Below are positions 13,761-25,500 of a DNA stretch of 64,000 nucleotides, piece after piece. The stretch spans positions 506,666,698-506,730,697 of the forward strand of contig NC_058131.1 of assembly GCF_016433145.1 (NCBI RefSeq). The letters are read 5' to 3'. The number at the start of each line of letters is the position of its first letter. Position 1 is the first letter of the stretch. Under the pieces are notes generated by a model that made no database searches, had not been told where the DNA came from, and worked only from the letters and a program-made list of their open reading frames with translations. This DNA is from Gracilinanus agilis (Eukaryota). The translations under genes were made by a program, and so were the position numbers.

Positions 13761-14744
13761 AAAAAAGATATCTAAAAAAATGTCTTTTTTTTTTCATGTA
13801 TTTTAGCTAAATCCTGATCTTGGTAGTTGCTACCTCTCTAGTTTGGTCATAAGCAGCACTATATAGAAAATTGTGGTCCTCCCTAAAGATCAAAGTCCTT
13901 TGTCCCCAAAGGTATGCAAAATGGGTATCTACCTACTCTGCTCTTTATTTGAAGTCCTAAAGTTTGTAAGGGGAAAAGAAGTAGAACTCAAAGAAAATCC
14001 TAATGGCAAGCTCTAAGGGAGTAAGCATGTCAGTAGTGTGATACCAGCAATTGCAGAGGAGGTGATGGGTTGGCAGTGTCTGGCTTTGAATTCCTTGAAA
14101 TTCACCTACTTTCCCAAACCAACATTTCAAATCTCCAAACCTATCCATATGTCCCTGACTCAACAGCATCCTGAAAAAGCTTGAGTTTGAGTACTAACGA
14201 TTGAGGGATATTTCTATTTTTATAAGAAACAACCAATAATTTTAAGAAATGGCAATATCCCTGACTAGCTTCAGCAGTTTTATGAATTATCTTACATTCT
14301 CCCCTTCCTCCTCATGCAAAAAATATGTTTTGCCATAAAATCAATGTATACCACTGCAAATGTCATTACCAAACTCATGGCACAGAGAAAAGAATAGCTG
14401 AATAGTCAGAAAGACTTGGGTTCAAATTCCACTTCCAACATTTACTACCTGGGTGACATGAGGAAATCACTTAAATAGACTGTCTCAGTTTCCTCATTTT
14501 TACAGCAGGGTACCTATAGTACCAATCTTATAGACCTCATGTAAAGCTCAGATAAGATACTATACTATTAAATGCTTTGCAAACCTTCAAGCACTATATA
14601 ACTATAAGTTGTAATTATTATTATTCCCTGGCATAAAAATAATTAAAGAGAGGTCTATCTGATGGAAAAGTTAATGGTAGAGTTTTGGTCTTGAACCACA
14701 GTCTCTTTTCATATCCAATGAAAGTTATGGGTTTCTCTTCTTAC

Positions 14745-14975
14745 CCTGGCAAATTCCATCGGTTTGGGAAGCAGGCACATGACCATGACATCAAAGCGAA
14801 CATCACACACGGTCTTCAACCACTTGGTGACAAACTGAGGTTTCAGCTTTTCCACTAAGCTTCCGACTTCATCATCCATCATGTAAGCTGTGGAGTGGAA
14901 CCACTGAAAGACCATGCTAACCAGTCTGGCTAAGCTTTCAGTAGGTGTATTCTCACTAGGGGTACAAAGACTCAC
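14745..14975 (-). CDS. UNC79: UNC79 coding exon (231 nt): VSLCTPSENTPTESLARLVSMVFQWFHSTAYMMDD...PMEFAR
   Basis: gatgttttgcag|GTGAGTCTT...GCCAGG|gtaaga. Lies within ORF 14709-15017. Symmetric phase 0-0. Confidence 0.97.
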
Positions 14976-15107
14976 CTGCAAAACATCAAACATGAACCCA
15001 AAGTCAGATACAATCAATCAACATATACTTACTATTACATTTAAATTCAAGGGAGTAAATATATGTCTCTGATGATACTTAGAATAGTCAATTCCAAAGG
15101 ACTAATG

Positions 15108-15147
<40 letters not shown>
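15108..15147. repeat. (AAT)n microsatellite, about 13 units
   Basis: Directly visible. Confidence 0.98.
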
Positions 15148-15148
<1 letters not shown>

Positions 15149-15406
15149 TCACCCTTATATAGTGCTTTAAGGTTTACAAAGTACTTTTCTAAGTGTGATT
15201 TTGTCATTTTAAAAAATTATTCTGTATTATGTGAGGACATTGTCAGAATCCCAACCAAGGCTCCTTTAATAACTCCCAACCTCATCCCAAGAACATTGGA
15301 AAAGATCCCACTCCTAACCCTGATAAGAGGCTCCCAGCCCTAAACTCTTCCTAAAGATTTCCCATATCCCATCGAGACTTCCTAGGATAGCTATGTTCCT
15401 ATAAGG

Positions 15407-15644
15407 CAAGGGTTCTTAACCTTTTTGTGTCGCAAACTCCTTTGGCAATCTGGTGAAAATCATTGGACCTCTATTCAGAATAATGTCTTTAAATGCACAA
15501 AATAAAATACATAGGATCATAAAAGAAATCAACTATAATTGAAATACATTTACTGAAATATTTTCCTATTCAAGTTCATGGATCCCCTAACATATATCCA
15601 TGGAACCCCCTGTGGATCTGTGGACTCTAGATTAAGAATTCCTG
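15407..15644 (+). mobile_element. Older hAT-Charlie MITE
   Basis: TIR caagggttcttaac / attaagaattcctg. TSD ctataagg / ctttaaag. Confidence 0.7.
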
Positions 15645-16021
15645 CTTTAAAGCCTGGTCAGATTGTGCCTTCCCAAAACAGGGCTATTCCTGAAAATCCT
15701 GAGTTATCCATCAAAAAGGAGCGCCTTACAGAACAAGTCCTTGGCACAAAGTAATCACTTTAATGAAGGCCTACTAACTAACGTACTAACCCTTCTAGAA
15801 ATGACATTAGTCATTGTTTCTGAGACTTGCTATATTCTTCTTTATTGCTATATGCCTTCTTTCAAGGCAATGAGTCGATCAGACTATACTTATATGGAAA
15901 GTATATGGATATATTGGCCTATATCCAACAGTACAAGTATATGCCAAGCTATAGGATCTACCTTCAATTTCATAGAAATAAAATTCTTGGGACATAATGC
16001 CATAACTGGTTCAAATATTTA

Positions 16022-16213
16022 TTAAGCCCTTACCTTCCATCTTAGAATGTATGTGTATTGGTTCCAAGGCAGAAGAGTGGTAAGGGCTAGGTAATGAGGG
16101 TTTAAGTGACTTGCCCAGAGTCACACAGCTAGGAAGTGCCTGAGGTCAGATTTGAACCCAGGACCTCCCATCTCTGGGCCTGGCTCTGAATTCACTGAGA
16201 CACCACCTGCTCC
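16022..16213 (-). mobile_element. SINE1_Mdo-type SINE
   Basis: Reverse complement of the SINE consensus with tail ccttggaaccaatacac...aagatggaaggtaagg. Confidence 0.85.
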
Positions 16214-18091
16214 AATATTGGCTTGAATATGATACTTTTTCTCCAAATCTGACTTATATAAAACCATAATGTATCTTATAATTACTGTAATATTTCATAG
16301 TATATCCACATATTTTCCCTTTTAAATAAGTTATATTTACGAAAACAAGGTTAGGATTGAAAGAGGAGTGGGGGGATAGGAGGAGCAAACAAATTATATG
16401 TATTCAAACAAAATGTTCTCTCTTTGAGGCATCCAAAGGAGATTCTTACAATGTCAATGCTATTCTCAGCTAGCTAACCTGCCTAAGAATAGACATTAAT
16501 ATCTGAGGCCGTTGCCATTTATTGGTTCATGCCACACTTTTCCACCCTAACTACAGCACTAATCAAACTTCTTCAGAAGAACCAGTCCTTCCCATAGTCA
16601 CCTAATGTCCATCAGGCCTTTGGAGGTCTGAAGCAATGCTTTTACTTTTGCTCCAAACTTGGTTCTACTCAGCACTTCAGTGACACTTCACAATGAAGGC
16701 AGAAGCTTCAAAAAATCATGATGGTAGTATTAGTCCAGCCCAGCTCAGGAACACCACTATTCTAGACTTGAGCACACAACACTTCCCACAAGCTAACCTA
16801 CCTCCAAAGAACAATGCATTAAAGATCATCATTTTAAACTTGGCAGTATGTGTCCAAAGCGGGGAGCTAGTACAATACGTATACCACTGAAATTTGGAGC
16901 ATCTCCAAATAGTTTCAACCAGTGTCAGCATTATATCAGCTGGTTTCCTTTTAAGGAGGTCTGGAGATTAGTTCTTGAGATCATTATTGATTTCTATTGC
17001 TTGCTGGTTAAGTCATAAAAGGACCAGGGGCTCCTGGAAATGGATGTCAGAGGTTTTAGGGGAATTGTCATTGCCTTATAGGAGCATCTTTCTGACTTAA
17101 CATAGTTAATTGCCATAATGAATATGGAATCAAAGAGGAGTAGCCATTTTATATAAATAGTATTTTTTAACCTTAGAAATGATATCATTTTTTATCTTTT
17201 GTTACCAGTACAGTTGTCTTTATTGCATTTCATTGTCTATTGCATTCTCATTCCATGCCTGAATAAATAAACTGGCTTTATTTAGGACTCCTGTTCAAGA
17301 ACAGCCCCATTTTCTGATCACTTTTCACTTGATTTAACTTCAAGATTAATTACAATCATTGTATTTTGAGTCAGAGGACCTCATCCAAATCCTAGCTATT
17401 ATTTACTGCCTATGTGAGCTTGAACATGAAAATCACTTCATCCTTTGGAGCCTAAATTTTGTCATCCACAAAATTAAGGAGTTAGCTTACATAATCCTAT
17501 GGTCCTAAAAGGTCTTTGCTTTTTTGTGCAAGTCTGAAAACCTGACTCTGACTAAAATAGCTAGGTAAAAATAGGAGCTCATTTTAAAATTTTTTCAGTT
17601 TTCAAAGTACAATCCGGTGAGATAGGTTAAATAAATATTATACTGTTACAAATTAGGAAACTGACTCAAAGAGATTAAATGGCTTGCCCAAAGTCACACT
17701 ACTAATAATGAGGAAGCATAAATCTAATTGACTCATGACTCAAATACAGTATTCATTCAGCTTCCTCAATTCAATTCTATTCAATAAGAGCCTAGTAAGT
17801 GGCATACTGCCTGATATGGCTGATGCACTGTGCAGTCACTGGAGATGCAAAGATAAAAATGACAATCTATCTGCCCTCAAGGACTTTACATTTACCATCA
17901 CTGGGTTGTTGTAACTAGAACTTTTACATAACTTAAGTCCAGCTACATCTTATGATTCTCATCCAGGAGCAAAGGCAATAATAACAACTACATACCCCAA
18001 CATAGCCTTATCTTCAGAAGTCTCCTATTGAAGAGGGATATTTTATAGTTCTGCTACAATTGGCATCTATAGCTTCACATCTATCTCAACA

Positions 18092-18283
18092 CAAGAATTC
18101 TTAACCTGGGACCTTTCAACTTATTTTATTTTTTCAATAGTTTGATATTTGATCATTTTTAGTATCTTAATATATTTCATTTGTTTTGTTTTATACATTT
18201 AAAAAACATTCCAAAAAGAGGTCCACAGGCTTCACCAGACTGCCAAAAGGGGCTCTGACACAAAAAAAGTTACAACCCCAATG
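18092..18283 (-). mobile_element. hAT-Charlie MITE, same family as 15407, reversed
   Basis: Contains ggcttcaccagactgccaaaagg, the reverse complement of the 15407 copy's 5' arm. Confidence 0.6.
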
Positions 18284-19459
18284 TTCTACAATCAGAATCA
18301 GACAGCAAAGATTATGATGCCTTGACCTCTGACCCTTCAACTCTAGTTGGGATCTTAAGTTCTGTGATTTGAGATCTCTAGCGATTCCAAGTATGGGAAG
18401 ATATACATCCCTACATCCCTTTGGTTTTTCCAGTTTTATATGTTAGGCAGAACTCTTCTGAATCACTCTGAATTTTGAGAAGGAAGATATCTATGTCCTC
18501 AGAACTGCGCTGGCTCCCTTAAAGAAAACCTCTAAATATTTAATGGCTAGAATTTAACAAACATTGTTTCATTTGACCCCCACAACAACCCTTAGAGATA
18601 GGTGTTATCATTATCCCTATTTTACAAATGAGGAAATTGAGGCAGAAAGAGATTAAATGACTTGTTTGAAGTCACAGTGCTAACAGATGCCAAAGACTGG
18701 ATTTGAACTCTTCTTCCTGTGGAAGTGTACAGGACACTATCTACTGAGACATCCAGACATCCCCATATATATCTGTTATAGTCTAGCTGCTCTTCCCATT
18801 TTGGGGAGCTGTGATATTGAGTCCAAATGTGGAATCTCCATAATGGGGAAAAGATCAATTACAGAAATCTTTATGGATTTTTTCTATTTTTTATGCTGCT
18901 CTTGTTTCAGTAAATTTGTTTTTCCCTGCTTATCATAATATTGCTCATAATCTCCCACCACCCCTCTTTGTAAGATAATACAAACAAATATTCCAAAACA
19001 GTGTTTCTACTAGCTAACACTCTTTCATTCAGGCAAATTTCCTTCACTTTCTTCACTTTGGCAACCAATTTATATTGACAAAATTACCTCAGCAAATGGA
19101 GATCTTTGGTGGTGATGTTTATTTTAACCTTTTTTGGTATTAACAGTTTGGTAAAATAGGTCAGGTAGGAATTACTCTACCTGGAGACTTTCCCTTCCAC
19201 TTTTGAAATTCTGAATTCCAATTTAATATTTCTTTTTATTTTTGCTCAAACAAGGTTGTTATAAGGATCAAATTAGATAATGTATGTAAAATGCTTTCTA
19301 AACTTTAAAGCTGTAAAAATGCAAGGGCTATTATTAATGGTAATAATTAATAATAATACAGTAATCTGACTATATACAAATTGTAAATTTGGAGATTATT
19401 CCCATACTGGTAACCAATCATTTCCTCACTATTATATTCTAATTGGTTTCTTTTAGGTC

Positions 19460-19692
19460 AAGGTAGGTGGTACAGTGAATAGAGCGCCAGGCCTGGAGTC
19501 AGAAACACTGGCTTAAAAATCTGGCTCAGAAGCTTACTAGGAACCCTGAGCAAGTCACTTAACCCTGTTTGCCTTGGTTTTGTAATCTATAAAATGATCT
19601 AGAGAAGGAAATGGCAAACTATACTAGTATCTTTGCTAAGAAAACCCCAAATTAGGTAAGGAAGAGTCCAACTGAAACGGCTGAACAACAAC
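19460..19692 (+). mobile_element. MAR1-type SINE (CORE plus BovB-like tail)
   Basis: gagaaggaaatggcaaac...gtatctttgctaagaaaacccca...ctgaacaacaac. Confidence 0.8.
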
Positions 19693-19861
19693 AGATTCAG
19701 TATTCACCATGTCTAGAATTTCCCAATTTCTTCATTATGAATTTCTTGAACTATTTATTCAAGATATATAGGCATGAAGTTTCAGTATATTTTATAATGG
19801 TTTGGCCAGTCTTTCTCATAAATCATGTTTTTCAATATATTTTCTCACTTATCCCCTCTTA

Positions 19862-20421
19862 CAGTGATGGGAAACCTATGGCATGCGTGCCAAAGATGGC
19901 ACACAGAGCCCTCAATAAAATGCCTGTAGTCGCCTGCCAATGTTCATTACTAGAAGGCCAGAGGGACTCAGGACAAAGCTGTTCCCCTCCCCCTCTCCAT
20001 GCACCTGAAGATATTCCTCACTTCCCTTTCTCCTCTGCCCAGAAGGCAATGGGAGTGCTTCCTCCCTCCCCTATCTATAGTAAGATGCTGGGGGTGGGGG
20101 GCCTCATATGCTGTGTGAGGTTGTAGGGCAGACTAGCAGCCTGTTAAGTCTGTGCTGAAGATGATTCTGGGGGTGGAGTTGGAGAGGAGCTAGGTTTGAG
20201 GGGAGGATAACTCACAGCAAGCCACATAGCTGGAGGGGAGCAGAACACTGGAGCCACTCTCCTCCTTCTCACCATGTGTGCCTCTCATTACCTGCCCCTC
20301 TGCCCAGCAACCCAATGGGAGCACTTCCTCCCTCCCCTGTCTGGGTTAAGGGGTGGAGGGGGTGCAGATTGAGAAGGAACAGGGTACAGCACTCAGGTCT
20401 CTGAAAGGTTTGCCATCATTG
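19862..20421 (+). mobile_element. Non-autonomous hAT element (OposCharlie-like)
   Basis: TIRs cagtgatgggaaacct / aggtttgccatcattg. TSD ccctctta / ccctatta (7/8). Confidence 0.85.
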
Positions 20422-21482
20422 CCCTATTATATACCGTGTTGTCTACCATTGTATTGAGGAAATTGTTATTATTAATATACAGGTTAATTTAATTCTGAAA
20501 GGTCTTATTGAATTCTTCATAGAATTTCTCTACTTTCTCATCCTCTGCAACTAACACTGACACATAATATCCCAGTTTTTTTTAGGGTGGTCTTTTTGAA
20601 AATGCTTAACATGATTACTTCAATATGAGATAACTGAGTATCCCATGAAATAATGTTTATTCATCTTGCCTTTGAATGCACAACAAAACCAACTCTGCCA
20701 ATTCCTTAATCGTTTCTCCAAGTTGTACCTCATAGCCTTCCATCTATCTGGTTGCTATTTCTTTTTTGTCTTATGATTTCATTTATAAAGAAAATATTAT
20801 GAATGATACTAACTTTCTCCAGTAGACTATCCACTGGTCACTGAAAAAGGATCTCATATCTAAAATACGAACAGCTAAATTCATGTTTATAGACTATCTA
20901 AAAACTGTGTGATTCTAACACCTCCCTCTTTTCTGATTAGCTCTTTGTTTACACTGGGTTTAAGTCCACTTGGATCCCCTTTCTTTTTCCAGAGAAAAGC
21001 TATTATCCCCAGTATCAATGTATATACCAAATACATCAGTGTATGTTGGCTGCTGTCCTCCTATAAATAACAAAAGTAAATTTTAAACTTTAATTTGGTA
21101 AATAATTTTAAAAGAATATGAATGATGTGAAAACACTACTAAATATTAAAAATGAGGTTGCAGAAACCTCAGCCTATGGATAATTATGCCATATTCACAA
21201 CAGGATACCACTGTTAGGCAAGTCTTAGAAATTTGGGTATTTCTTGATTTAACAGTCTTCTTTAATCCCCTGTATTATTCCACGCCTACTCCCATGAAAA
21301 AAAGGATAGTGTCTCACTGCCTTCAAGGGTGAGTTAGGCCTCCTGGCTTCTATTTCCACCTGGGTAAGCAAAGGGATCATAATCCTTTTTTTTTCATTTC
21401 TGATCATTACAAACAAGAGAAGCATTTGTAATCTCAGGCAATTAAATATCTCAGTAAGGTTTGGTTATTTAAAATGTAGCTA

Positions 21483-21661
21483 CAAGCAGCTGTGTAGCTC
21501 AGTGGATTGAGAATCAGGCCTAGAGACGGGAGGTCCTAGGTTCAAATCTGGCCTTCAGACACTTCCCAGCTGTGTGACCCTGGGCAGGTCACTTGACCTC
21601 CATTGCCCACCCTTACCACTTTTCCACCTAGGAGCCAATACACAGAAGTTAAGGGTTTAAA
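21483..21661 (+). mobile_element. SINE1_Mdo-type tRNA-derived SINE (short-tail variant)
   Basis: gcagctgtgtagctcagtggattgag...ggttcaaatc. TSD aaaatgtagcta at 21471-21482 and 21662-21673. Confidence 0.9.
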
Positions 21662-22658
21662 AAAATGTAGCTATAGATAGACTATTGCAAGGAGGATGTT
21701 TTTTAAGATCAGGAATTCTGGATATCAGGGCTATTCTCACCTCATCCCAAAATGAAAACTGTTTACATCCCCTATCTAAAGACCAAGATAGCAATAATAG
21801 TTCAAATACCTCTAACACTTTTAGTTTTTCAAAGTATTTTTCTCACAACAATCCTATGAAGCAGCCTATAATATTATCTCCATTTAACAGACAAGGAAAC
21901 TGATACTCATGATTGAAGTGACTTCCCATACAAGTGCCTGAGCTGGGAATTGAGACTAGATCTTCTGATATAATATCTCATTTCTCCTATTGTACCATGA
22001 CACCTTCCTAATATCATCCTATTAGGCAATAAAACTTGTGCTTGCCATGACCATCCAGACTGTATCTGTATTCTTTCTCCCACCCATGACACCTGATCAG
22101 CACTGGGTCTTTGAAACCTGACTATCACATACATCTCTGCAGAAATGCTGGGTTTAGTTCCCTGGGGCTACTCAGCCTGTTCAGAACTATTGTCGCTAAA
22201 TCAACCACACTGCTGTCTGATCATTCATTAACAAGGCCAAATGGAATGATTTGATTATGCTGGAATCATATGTTGGGCCATGTGTAAAAACAGTCATCCC
22301 AAAAACCACGAACCCACCAAAAGGTCCCTAGGGCCTGAACTATCAAGAATATTTGCATGTAGATGAGTGTCAGGCCCTTGCCATTGCCTGTACTTTACCG
22401 AAACCATAAGTAAAACATTATATATCCTGGCAATGTCAATGTTTGGTTGTGTGCCAAGAAATACATACAACTTGTATCTTATGCTTATTTTTTTCCCTTT
22501 CCATTTTACTACATTACCAGCTAACATTGAAAAAATAATAATTTACAAGAATAAAATTCCTCATCCATGGAATATCAGAATGAGAAGTTCAGCGGAAAAT
22601 AGTTTTAAAACAAAAAAGGTACACACATAGACCTATAGATATAGATATATATTCTTAC

Positions 22659-22830
22659 TAAGAACCAAATTCCAAATTGGCTGAGCAGTCGTTGGTCATG
22701 TTTATCATCATCTTTGTTATCAAAGTCAGTATTATCCAAGGAGTGGTGGGAAGAAGAAAGCCCCATTTGTCTTCGTCGGTTTAGTTCATATTCCCTCTGC
22801 TCAGCATGAAACTCAGCTTCCTTTAGCAAG
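22659..22830 (-). CDS. UNC79: UNC79 coding exon (172 nt): (S)LLKEAEFHAEQREYELNRRRQMGLSSSHHSLDN...FGIWFL
   Basis: ttttttacag|CTTGCTAAAG...TGGTTCTTA|gtaaga. Overlaps ORF 22605-22829. Phase 2 to 0. Confidence 0.97.
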
Positions 22831-23807
22831 CTGTAAAAAAAAAAAAATTGGGTGAAAGTTTCATATCAAACAATCTAGAAACAAATGGCAAATAAAGAAT
22901 TATGTGGGGATATCCACAAAACTTAAGTAATGGGTTACACCTCAGAGAACATTCTGGTACAATGGAAAGAGCAATAAACTTAGAGTTGGAGAATTTGAGT
23001 ACAAATCTAGTTCTGTCACTAATACTGTGAATCCTGGAACAAACCACTTAACATTCCAAGAAGATGTTAGTTTCCTCATCTGTATAAAGATGGAAATTTA
23101 ATTAAATAGTTTAGCATCCTTTTTAGCTCTCTATCTATAATTCTCTGATCCTATGGCCTTTCTTAACTTCAGGGTCTTCATCAGTAAAGCAAGGAGAATG
23201 GACTTGATTCTTTATAGGTTTCCTTCCAACTATAAATATAAGATATTGTAAAGTATAAATCTCACAGGATCCCAAACAAGTGGTCATTCAGCCTTACACT
23301 GAACACTTTCGGTGGAAGGGAACTAATTTCATTTGTGTTGCACAACATTCCTATTTTATAAACTGAAAAACTAAAACACAGAGAAGTGATTCCTGTCAAA
23401 GAACATAAGACAACCATTAGAATGAGAAAGGTTACACAAAAAACCCAGTTGTCTTTACCAGTTCTTTCTGAGATCTCAAAGTTTCCTTCCCATCTTTTAA
23501 CTTTATAAATATTATAAATAGGCATAAGGCTACTGGGGGAGGTAGGAGGTTATTTTCAAAAAATAAGCTGGTTGAGAGTTGGAATGCTGAATAAATTTTC
23601 TGATATATGTAGTGAAAAAAAAAGTATTTGCATTTATTTATTACTTTTTTCACTTCCCCAGAAATATTACAATTAAAAGGCTCAAAACAGATAAATCTTA
23701 TCAGACACAATCACTGCAAAAAGCTTGTGCATCAGTATCTACACATCCTTATTTGTAGAAAAGTCATCCAAGATGAAGGCTAGCAATTCTGTAATCTGTT
23801 ACATTAC

Positions 23808-24046
23808 CTAATCACAGCTTCCACTGTGCACACAAGCTCCTCGGCCCCACATTCTCGTGTGTTAATGGGGGGAGGTGATGTCTGGTACAGGTGGGTCTCT
23901 GCACTGGCTCCTGTTGCCCCAACTTCATTGCTATGGTGGTTTGAATGGCACCTTTTACAGTACCGGACTGGTCTGTTTCCATGGCGACCACAGCACCCTG
24001 CTGAGAAGCAGGTGACAACAGCCCTCCTCACATGAGAACTGCAGTT
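23808..24046 (-). CDS. UNC79: UNC79 coding exon (239 nt): NCSSHVRRAVVTCFSAGCCGRHGNRPVRYCKRCHSNHH...EAVI(S)
   Basis: ttctttaatttcag|AACTGC...GTGATTAG|gtaat. Lies largely within ORF 23804-24031. Phase 0 to 2. Confidence 0.97.
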
Positions 24047-24869
24047 CTGAAATTAAAGAAATTTTTAAAATTAGATGACTAATGTAAATTTAACTAAAAA
24101 TTGAAATAAATTGGAAATAAATGAATCAGGATTCTTGAAAAAGGAAACTGGTATTTGAAAGTAAGGCTATTATAACCAGTTAGGTTTCAGTAATGATTAA
24201 GTGATTCAAAATGTTTTCTATTGGCATAATAGAATCAAAAGGTCAAAAAGAAATGTTTTTAAACTCTAAATATCTTTAAAAAAAAACCCTTTAAATATCA
24301 ACTGTGCTTTAAAGCCCTCTCTAAGCATAACTCAATAACTGAAAGAGGCATGAATCTTTTCCCCAAAAATCCACACCTCTTGTAACATTCCTGTTCCTGT
24401 TGAAGACTCTACCATCCCCTTCCAGTCACCTAGGTTTGAAACTTCCGTATCATTCCCTGACTCCTTAATATAATTCATCTAAATAGTCAAATCTTGTTAT
24501 TTCTACTTTTACTATATTTTTGGCTTAAGTCCCCTTCTGTCCACTTACAGTTAGTTACCTCTCTGGCTCATCTGTCCTCACCTCTAGCATAGGGGCTTTA
24601 AATCAATTTTGTGTCTATATATTTTTACATATATCTGTATCGTCTCTATTAAACATGTTCACTTTTGTCTTTGCACCCTCGGTGCCTGGCATAGGGAAAT
24701 AACCAAAACCTATTTATTCATGTCATCATTATTGGGGTTTCTTGCCCCTTTCTCCCAATACTACTTCTTCCATATTCTATGAGTAATGAAAAGGGGAAAA
24801 CCACCACCCACAATCTAAAATTCATTTATCCACCAGTGTACTGCCTTCTGATAACATGTCTCTGCTCTG

Positions 24870-25500
24870 AGCCAGGCCCGACCATGTCGCACATCCAAGT
24901 CCCAGTTCGGGCCTCTACCGAAAGCCATTCTGACTGGGCCTCCAAGAGCCCAGAATCAACACCCCAACCTGGTGCTCGAAGCTTCCGAGCCTTGGGGTAA
25001 AATATTCGTCACGTGCGCGTTACTGGCCAGGGGGTTGTGGTTGGGGCGGGGCGCTGGAAACGCGCGTGCGCGTGCGCAATGCAGCCCTAATCCGTGTAGG
25101 AGCTCTCTGGCGGAGGGTGTTGAGACTCTCCCGTGTCTTCCTAGAGTGGAGTAACTTGGGACTGCCTGAAACTCCCGGAAGCGGACCCCCGGTCCCCGCC
25201 GTCCCCCCCGACCCCCCTAGTCATCCTAAAGCCAGGAGCATATGTCCTCGATTTTTCCTTCCCTCTCGTGTGTATTTTTTGTTTGCTCTTGGGGAAAAGA
25301 ATATTAAAAACGACTACTTTGCAAAAGTGGAAGAGTGAGACCCCTGAGGACCAAGAATGGGAGTTAGTGGCAGAGGTTGCCCTCAACCCGAGCTCATGAG
25401 GCCAATACAGTCCCAAGGCTCCTCCTTGCCCCTCGGGAGGCAAAGTGCAGCAAGCCTAATACTTTACATGCTCCGAGGTTAACGTCCTGACTTCCCATTG
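24870..25500. promoter_or_regulatory. Intronic CpG-island-like promoter/regulatory element
   Basis: About 30-35 CpGs in about 620 bp (counted by eye) in an otherwise CpG-depleted window. Motifs: GTCACGTG E-box 25008-25015, GGGGCGGGGC GC-box 25043-25052, overlapping NRF1-type sites 25062-25078, CCGGAAGC ETS-type site 25175-25182. Confidence 0.75.

Noticed and set aside
14709-15017. ORF-track starts and ends of UNC79-like ORFs (also 22605-22829 and 23804-24031)
   Set aside because: The listed M residues are alternative codons or intronic; true boundaries are set by splice sites.
16400-17250. Unique-looking, coding-like stretch with several 55-75-codon open frames on both strands
   Set aside because: No recognisable domain, no convincing splice pair, lengths within chance. 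It could be a conserved non-coding element or an ancient TE, which needs alignment to decide.
21483-21560. tRNA-like A/B-box heads (here and in other SINE copies)
   Set aside because: They continue into CORE and tail sequence with TSDs, so they are SINEs, not tRNA genes.
24779-25443. Four ORFs over the CpG island as a nested protein-coding gene or COX8C
   Set aside because: GC-rich sequence inflates ORF length. None resembles COX8C, which I recall nesting in human UNC79 intron 1, or any other protein I recognise.
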